A stretch of 64,000 bases of DNA from Pseudomonadota bacterium (GTDB lineage Bacteria; Pseudomonadota; Gammaproteobacteria; Burkholderiales; Rhodocyclaceae). Shown in pieces: positions 57,827-64,000 of the stretch. The notes under the pieces were generated by a model. It did no database searches. It was not told the origin of the DNA and saw only the letters and a list, made by a program, of their open reading frames with translations. The stretch lies in contig JAFEFM010000540.1 of the NCBI GenBank assembly GCA_018240585.1, positions 5,198 to 69,197 on the forward strand, given 5' to 3'. Positions within the stretch are counted from its first letter, which is position 1. Every line of letters begins with the position of its first letter. The position numbers and the translations under genes are program-made.

Positions 57827-60800
57827 TCAGCCCAGCCTCGCAATCATCTCGCGTGCCACGACCTGCTGTTGCGCGCCACCCTCGCGCAGCACCTCGTCGA
57901 GCAGTTCGAGCGCGCCTTCCTTGTCACCCATCTCCTCGTAAGCGCGCGCCAGTTCGAGCTTCGTCTCGATTTCCTCGAAGTTCCCGGCATCCGCGTCGCT
58001 CATCGCCGGCGCCATCTGGGGGAGATCACGCCCCTCACCCGCGTTGGCCGCTTCGGCATCGTCGAACGCGTTCAGATCAAGATCGAGCGATGTCAGATCG
58101 AGACTGGGCGCAACCGAAGCCGACGCCGCCGTGGCTGCCGGCTCGATGTCGAAGTCGAATTCCAGCAGACCAGGATCGAAACTCGATGCCTCGAGATCCG
58201 TCTCCGGCTGCGCCGCCGGCGACACCTGACCCGCTGCAGCAGACAGTTGCTGCAAGGGCTCAGCGATGCGGTCGGCGGCCAGATCGGGCACGTCGAAATC
58301 CAGGTCGAGCGCAGTGGCGTCGGGATCGAAAGACGGAGCGTCGGGAGCGACGATGGTCGCCTTGAGGTCGGGCACCGTGCCCTCGATGAGCTCGGGTGCC
58401 TCGGCGGCGGATTCGAAATCCATTCCGAGCGCGGTCGTTTCGGGCTCGAAGCGCAAGGGCGCCATGTCGATCATGGTCGCATCGAGATCCGGGACCGCTG
58501 CCTGCTCCGGCTCTAGTTCGAGGTCAGGCAATTCGAAGTCGAAGCCGCTCGCCACCTGATCGGCCCCGACTTCCGCCGGTGCTGCCGCCCCGGCGCCCTG
58601 CGCCTGCACCACCGGGACAGAGGCGCCGACTTCGCCGATGTCGAAGTCAAAGGTCAGGCCCTCGTCCTGCGGTTCAGCCGCCTTCTCAGCCTTGCCGGCC
58701 GCATCCGCGAGTGCGGCCTTCGGCTCGTCCAGACCAAGATCGAAATCGATCACGTCGATCTCTACCGGCAACTCCGCCCCGGCGGCGCTGGGCGAGCCCT
58801 CGTCGGCCGCGGGCACCGCGACGGCATTGGACTCACTCGCGCGCTCGCTGGCGAACTGCGCGAGATCACCGGGACGTGTCCAGGTATCCTTGAGCTGTGA
58901 CTGGGTCGACTCAAGCGGCAGGGAAGCGGTGAAGTCCAGTGCCGACAGCTCTTCGATGGCGTGCCCCGCCTCGGGTTCGGCATGATCAGCTTGCGGGACG
59001 TTGGCAGAGGACGCCGCGACCTGTGCCGATGCCGATGCGACTGCGGCAGCCATCGCAACGCCGGCCACTCCGGCTGCGGTCGCCGCGGGGACGGCTGCAG
59101 GTGCCAGGGTATCGGGCCCCTGCAGGCCTTCCGTACGCGTCGCGGCCTGGTCGCCATACAGCGGATTGTCCGAATCCAGCTTGCGCCCCATCAACGCGGC
59201 GCGCTCCCAATCGGCACCTCTCCCGCCCGTCCGGGCATAAAGCTCGGCGGCCACCATTTCGAACTGCTTCGGGCTCTTGCGTTGGGCGTAGATCTCCAGC
59301 AGCTTGAGATAGATGGCGGCACGGCCGGGATCGGCCTTCATCGCATCCTGCAGGATCTCCTCCGCCTGGGCGTCGCGACCATAGGCCATGTACACGTCGG
59401 CCTCCGCCACGGGATCGACCCCTTCGTCGGCGTCGATCGCCGAAAGCCCGGACTGGCTGAAATCGGTCATCAGCATGCTGTTGCCGGTGTCGACACTCTG
59501 TCCGCCGGTCTCGCCGAACACGGTGCCGGTCTCGGCCGGCTGCGTCGCGCCTGAAAGACCGCTTTCGTCGGCCGCCGAGGAGCCTCCGCTGCGCCGTTGC
59601 CGCAGCCTCAACGCCGCGAGCGCAAGCAGCAAGGCTGCCACGCCGCCCCCGGCCGCGAGCATGGAGGGATCCCCCAGCAGCGAGTCGACGAGACCGGGCT
59701 CCTCGGGTGGCGCAGGCGGAGGCGCAACACGGGCCTTCTTCGGCTCAGGCCTGGGCTCTGCTGCCGGGGCGGGCGCCGGGGCCGGGGCCGCCGCGGGTTC
59801 GGCGGGCTGGGCCGCTGGCGCGCCCTCCGCTGCCTGACTCCTGGCGGCGGCGTCGGCCGGCGCCGATGGTGCGGCCATCGGCTCTGCGGGTGCCGGCGGA
59901 ACAGGCCCGCCTGCGGGCGCCGGCGGTGCAACTGGAGTGCCCGTCTCCGCGCGCGGCGCTCCGCCGGCCTGCTGCTGCGCAAGGGCCAGCGCCCCGCTGC
60001 GAACCTCCAGCAGTTTCTGCATGTCGCGGATGCTCTGCTCGAGCTGGGCGAGCCGCGCGTTCGCGTCCTGCAGCGCCTTTTCGCGCGAGGCAAGCTCCTC
60101 CTCGAGCGCGTGCAGGCGTGTGGTGGTGTCGCCCTCGCCGAGTTTCTCGGAGCGGGAGACGCGCACCTTGTCCTTCGATTCGGCTGCTGGCCGGGCTTCT
60201 TCCACCTTCGGCACGATGCGACCAGCACTTGCCTGCTCGGCCGCAGCCTCGGCAGGCTCCGCACGCGCGGTGACCGCGCCCGCGAGACGCCGGCGGTAGG
60301 CATCGAAATCGGCCGCCTGGGCGAGGATTTCTCGCCTCGCCTCCCCTGCCGTGATCGATTGCACCCGCTCTGCAGAGGGGATGGAAAGGACTGCACCAGC
60401 TTTGAGGCGATTGATGTTGCCGCCTTCGAACGCGGCCGGATTGGCACGAAACAGCGCGATCAGAGTCTGGTCGAGGTTCGCCCCGGCTGGCGCCATGTTG
60501 CTGGCAATGCTGTGGAGCGTGTCGCCACGCCTGACGGTGTAGCGATCCGGAGGCGCCACGCTGGCGGGTATCCGCTCACGCTCGCTGTCACGCACCGCCT
60601 GGACGGGCGTAGCCATTCTCGGCGCGGGGGCGACGGCGGCGGGCCCGATGCGCGCGGCCACCGGCTTCGGCGCCGACAGATCGACCGGATCGAGCAGGAA
60701 AGTGTAGTCGCGCGCCAACTGGCCCGAAGCCCAGTTCAGCTCGACGAGCAGTTCCACGAATGGATCGTTGATGGGCCGTGCGCTGGACAAGCGGATGACC

Positions 60801-61069
60801 GGCCTGCCGCCGCGGGCGTCGAGGCTGGCGCGCACGCCCGCCGCTGCCGCAGAGTATGCGATGTTCGCCGCGCGAAAAGCGTCGGGCGAACCAATTCGGG
60901 CAGAGAGCGACTGCAGCTCCTGCGGCGTGGCATTTACACTGATTTCCGCCCGAAGCGGCTGTCCGAGCCCACTGAAAACGTTGATCTGTCCCAGCCCGGC
61001 CGCTTGGCTACCAACCGGAAACGAGGCGATCGCCAGTGCGATCAGCGAAGCCTTGAGCGACGTTTTCAT
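57827..61069 (-). CDS. fimV: FimV/HubP polar landmark protein
   Basis: Signal peptide, LGQPLRAEI, LysM (YTVRRGDTL), coiled coil, TM, EADVYMAYGR TPR, C-terminal KLELARAYEEMGD. Confidence 0.92.
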   Translation of the reverse strand: MKTSLKASLIALAIASFPVGSQAAGLGQINVFSGLGQPLRAEISVNATPQELQSLSARIGSPDAFRAANIAYSAAAAGVRASLDARGGRPVIRLSSARPINDPFVELLVELNWASGQLARDYTFLLDPVDLSAPKPVAARIGPAAVAPAPRMATPVQAVRDSERERIPASVAPPDRYTVRRGDTLHSIASNMAPAGANLDQTLIALFRANPAAFEGGNINRLKAGAVLSIPSAERVQSITAGEARREILAQAADFDAYRRRLAGAVTARAEPAEAAAEQASAGRIVPKVEEARPAAESKDKVRVSRSEKLGEGDTTTRLHALEEELASREKALQDANARLAQLEQSIRDMQKLLEVRSGALALAQQQAGGAPRAETGTPVAPPAPAGGPVPPAPAEPMAAPSAPADAAARSQAAEGAPAAQPAEPAAAPAPAPAPAAEPRPEPKKARVAPPPAPPEEPGLVDSLLGDPSMLAAGGGVAALLLALAALRLRQRRSGGSSAADESGLSGATQPAETGTVFGETGGQSVDTGNSMLMTDFSQSGLSAIDADEGVDPVAEADVYMAYGRDAQAEEILQDAMKADPGRAAIYLKLLEIYAQRKSPKQFEMVAAELYARTGGRGADWERAALMGRKLDSDNPLYGDQAATRTEGLQGPDTLAPAAVPAATAAGVAGVAMAAAVASASAQVAASSANVPQADHAEPEAGHAIEELSALDFTASLPLESTQSQLKDTWTRPGDLAQFASERASESNAVAVPAADEGSPSAAGAELPVEIDVIDFDLGLDEPKAALADAAGKAEKAAEPQDEGLTFDFDIGEVGASVPVVQAQGAGAAAPAEVGADQVASGFDFELPDLELEPEQAAVPDLDATMIDMAPLRFEPETTALGMDFESAAEAPELIEGTVPDLKATIVAPDAPSFDPDATALDLDFDVPDLAADRIAEPLQQLSAAAGQVSPAAQPETDLEASSFDPGLLEFDFDIEPAATAASASVAPSLDLTSLDLDLNAFDDAEAANAGEGRDLPQMAPAMSDADAGNFEEIETKLELARAYEEMGDKEGALELLDEVLREGGAQQQVVAREMIARLG

Positions 61070-61224
61070 GAGTTTCTTCAACCTGCGTTTCTCCCCAAGC
61101 CTCGTCCCGCGACGCCAGCCAAGGCTATCTGCCTGGCAATCTAGCATCCCATCGTACTTAACGCAGCAACGATTCCATTTGCAATGCCGTTCGCCGTGAC
61201 GAAGTGCCGACTTCAGGCCAGGTG

Positions 61225-61255
61225 CCGCCGGGGATGACCCCGGCGGGCTTTTTTT
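61225..61255 (+). terminator. Intrinsic terminator-like hairpin with U-tract on the + strand
   Basis: CCGCCGGGG-ATGA-CCCCGGCGG then GCTTTTTTT. Confidence 0.6.
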
Positions 61256-61257
61256 GA

Positions 61258-62391
61258 TCAGCGCTCGATCAGGATGCGCAGCATGCGGCGCAGCGGCTCG
61301 GCCGCACCCCACAACAACTGGTCGCCCACCGTGAACGCGCCGAGATAATCGTTACCCATTGCCAGCTTGTGCAGACGACCGACCGGCACCGCCAGCGTAC
61401 CGGTGACGGCGGTCGGTGTCAGTTCGCGCTCGGTGATCTCGCGCTCGTTCGGCACCACCTTCACCCACGAGTTGGCACTGCCGATGATGTCGGCGAGTTC
61501 GTCAAGCGGTGCATCCTTCTTGAGCTTGATCGTCAGCGCCTGCGAGTGGCAGCGCATCGCACCGATGCGCACGCACAGGCCGTCGATCGGAATCGAGCCG
61601 GCGCTGCGGAAAGGCGCATTGCCAAGGATCTTGTTGCACTCCGCGCCGCCCTTCCACTCTTCCTTGCTCTGGCCGTGCTCGACCGGCACGTCGATCCAGG
61701 GAATCAGGCTGCCGGCGAGCGGGGTGTTGCGGAAGTTCTTCTTCGGGAAACCATCCGAACGGATGGTCTCGGCAACCTTGCGGTCGATCTCGAGGATGGC
61801 CGAGGCCGGGTCGGCGAGCAGATCCTTAACCGAGTCGTGGATGGTGCCCATCTGCGCGATCAGCTCACGCATGTTCTGCGCGCCCGCGCCCGATGCAGCC
61901 TGGTAGGTCATCGCCGAGATCCACTCGACGAGGCCATGCCGGAACAGGCCGCCAAGCCCCATCAGCATCAACGAAACGGTGCAGTTGCCGCCGATCCAGT
62001 CGCGACCGCCCTTGGCGAGCGCGGCGTCGATGACGTTGCGGTTGACCGGATCGAGGATGATGACGGCGTTGTCTTCCATGCGCAGCGCGCTGGCAGCGTC
62101 GATCCAGTGCCCGTTCCAGCCGGTGGCGCGCAGCTTCGGATACACCTCCTTGGTGTAATCGCCGCCCTGGCAGGTGATGACGATGTCGCACGCCTTGAGC
62201 GCGTCGATGTTCATCGCGTCCTGCAGCGGCTCGGCCGCATCCTTGCCGCCGAACACCGGCGCCTTGCCACCCGCGTTCGACGTGGAGAAATACACCGGTT
62301 CGATGTGGGCGAAATCGCCCTCTTCCACCATGCGCTGCATCAGCACGGAACCGACCATTCCGCGCCAGCCGACCAGACCGACTCGATTCAT
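61258..62391 (-). CDS. asd: Aspartate-semialdehyde dehydrogenase
   Basis: [15 protein letters not shown] (Cys), [10 protein letters not shown]. Confidence 0.96.
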   Translation of the reverse strand: MNRVGLVGWRGMVGSVLMQRMVEEGDFAHIEPVYFSTSNAGGKAPVFGGKDAAEPLQDAMNIDALKACDIVITCQGGDYTKEVYPKLRATGWNGHWIDAASALRMEDNAVIILDPVNRNVIDAALAKGGRDWIGGNCTVSLMLMGLGGLFRHGLVEWISAMTYQAASGAGAQNMRELIAQMGTIHDSVKDLLADPASAILEIDRKVAETIRSDGFPKKNFRNTPLAGSLIPWIDVPVEHGQSKEEWKGGAECNKILGNAPFRSAGSIPIDGLCVRIGAMRCHSQALTIKLKKDAPLDELADIIGSANSWVKVVPNEREITERELTPTAVTGTLAVPVGRLHKLAMGNDYLGAFTVGDQLLWGAAEPLRRMLRILIER

Positions 62392-62429
62392 TGTCTTACC
62401 TCTCAAGCTCAGTTTTCAGTTCTTCGCGA

Positions 62430-63494
62430 TCACAGCGCCGCCAGCACGGCATCGCCCATTTCCTTCGTGCCCACGCGGCGCGTACCCGGCTCATAGATGT
62501 CGCCGGTGCGGTAGCCCTGCGCGAGCACTTTCTTGACCGCATTTTCGATGCGCTGCGCCGAGGCCTCGTCGTCGAACGAGTAGCGCAGCATCATCGCCGC
62601 CGACAGCATCGTCGCCAGCGGGTTGGCCAGGTTCTGGCCGGCGATGTCCGGCGCCGATCCGTGCGAAGGCTCGTACATGCCCTTGTTATCGGCGTTGAGC
62701 GATGCCGACGGCAGCATGCCGATCGAGCCGGTCAGCATCGACGCCTCGTCGGACAGGATGTCGCCGAACATGTTGCCGGTCACCATCACGTCGAACTGCT
62801 TCGGGTTGCGCACCAGTTGCATGGCCGCGTTATCGACCAGCATGTGGGTGAGCTCCACCTCCGGGTAATCCTTCTTCACTTCTTCGGCAATATCGCGCCA
62901 AAGTTGAGTGGTTTCGAGCACGTTCATCTTGTCTACCGAGCACAACCTGCGACCGCGCTTCATGGCCGCCTCGAAGGCCACGCGCAGGATGCGGCGGATC
63001 TCGTACTCGGCGTAGATCATCGTGTTCCAGCCAACGCGCTGCTGCTCGCCATTCACCTCGCGCGTCTCGATGCCGCGCGGCTGGCCGAAGTAGATGTCCC
63101 CGGTCAGTTCGCGCACGATCAGGATGTCCAGGCCGGAGACGACTTCGGGCTTCAGCGTGGAGGCATTGGCCAGTTCCGGATACAGGATCGCCGGACGCAG
63201 GTTGGCGAACAGCGCGAGATCCTTGCGGATGCCCAGCAGCCCACGCTCGGGTCGCTGGTCGCGCGGATAAGTGTCCCACTTCGGACCGCCCACCGCCCCC
63301 AGCAGGATCGCGTCGGCTTCACGCGCCAGCTTCAGCGTGGCCTCGGGCAGCGGCGTGCCAGCGGCATCGACGGCGCAGCCACCGACGAGGCCCTCTTCCA
63401 TCTCGAACTGCAGGTCGAGCGCCTTCAGCAGACGCACCGCCTGGGCCATGATCTCCGGACCGATGCCGTCACCCGGCAGGACACAAATCTTCAT
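62430..63494 (-). CDS. leuB: 3-isopropylmalate dehydrogenase
   Basis: [26 protein letters not shown]. Confidence 0.97.
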   Translation of the reverse strand: MKICVLPGDGIGPEIMAQAVRLLKALDLQFEMEEGLVGGCAVDAAGTPLPEATLKLAREADAILLGAVGGPKWDTYPRDQRPERGLLGIRKDLALFANLRPAILYPELANASTLKPEVVSGLDILIVRELTGDIYFGQPRGIETREVNGEQQRVGWNTMIYAEYEIRRILRVAFEAAMKRGRRLCSVDKMNVLETTQLWRDIAEEVKKDYPEVELTHMLVDNAAMQLVRNPKQFDVMVTGNMFGDILSDEASMLTGSIGMLPSASLNADNKGMYEPSHGSAPDIAGQNLANPLATMLSAAMMLRYSFDDEASAQRIENAVKKVLAQGYRTGDIYEPGTRRVGTKEMGDAVLAAL

Positions 63495-63530
63495 CGATTC
63501 AATTCTCCACAGTAGCCAGCCGCAGTCCGG

Positions 63531-64000
63531 TCAGGCGAAGTAATAGGGATGCTCGGCACGGCGCTGCGCCTCGAAGGCGCGGATCTTGTCGGCATGGCGC
63601 AGCGTGAGGCCGATGTCATCCCAGCCGTTCAGCAGACACTCCTTGCGGAACGGGTCGATGTCGAAGGCGATCACCTTGCCGTCGGGACGCGTGATCGTCT
63701 GCGCCGCCAGATCCACCTTCAGTCGATAAGCTTCGTTCGCCGCGCACTGGCGGAACAGTTCGTCCACCTCGTCGGCACCGAGCTTGATCGGCAGCAGGCC
63801 GTTCTTGAAGCTGTTGTTGAAGAAGATGTCGGCGAAGCTCGGCCCGATCAGCACGCGGAAGCCGTAATCCTCCAGCGCCCAGGGTGCATGCTCGCGCGAG
63901 CTGCCGCAGCCGAAGTTGTCGCGCGTCAGCAGGATCTGCGCGCCCTGGTAGCGCGGCTGGTTGAGCACGAAATCCGGGTTCAGCGGTCGCTGGCTGTTGT
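63531..64000 (-). CDS. leuD: 3-isopropylmalate dehydratase small subunit, 5'-partial
   Basis: [27 protein letters not shown]. Confidence 0.96.
   Translation of the reverse strand, partial: NSQRPLNPDFVLNQPRYQGAQILLTRDNFGCGSSREHAPWALEDYGFRVLIGPSFADIFFNNSFKNGLLPIKLGADEVDELFRQCAANEAYRLKVDLAAQTITRPDGKVIAFDIDPFRKECLLNGWDDIGLTLRHADKIRAFEAQRRAEHPYYFA

Overview
GC-rich betaproteobacterial chromosome segment, most consistent with Rhodocyclales (Azoarcus/Aromatoleum/Thauera-like; inferred from gene order and protein style). It is mostly core genome: tgpA-mltB; surE-pcm-nlpD-rpoS; tRNA-Val-thrS-infC-rpmI-rplT-pheST-ihfA-merR-tRNA-Pro; gyrA-serC-pheA-hisC-tyrA-aroA/cmk-rpsA-ihfB; lapA-lapB-ugd-cysM; grpE-dnaK-dnaJ with two sigma32 promoters; cysS/ppiA-ppiB-lpxH; and leuD-leuB-asd-fimV-truA-trpFBA-accD-folC-dedD-cvpA-purF-metZ. 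I saw no integrase, transposase, CRISPR array or rRNA. The less ordinary parts are: (1) a coupled three-gene cassette between surE and tRNA-Pro encoding an antiporter-fold protein that lacks the usual ion-binding Asp, a YbdK/GCS2 gamma-glutamyl ligase and a C26 gamma-glutamyl hydrolase, next to an att-like scar at the tRNA 3' end; (2) a YdbH/YnbE/YdbL-like lipid-bridge trio inside the lapAB-ugd-cysM unit, coupled to a PolB-like 3'-5' exonuclease; (3) a DUF2189-like membrane protein behind an FNR-type box; (4) an orphan, truncated EcfT/CbiQ-like protein; (5) a CHASE-PAS-GGDEF cyclase. All family assignments come from motif recognition by eye, not database searches.
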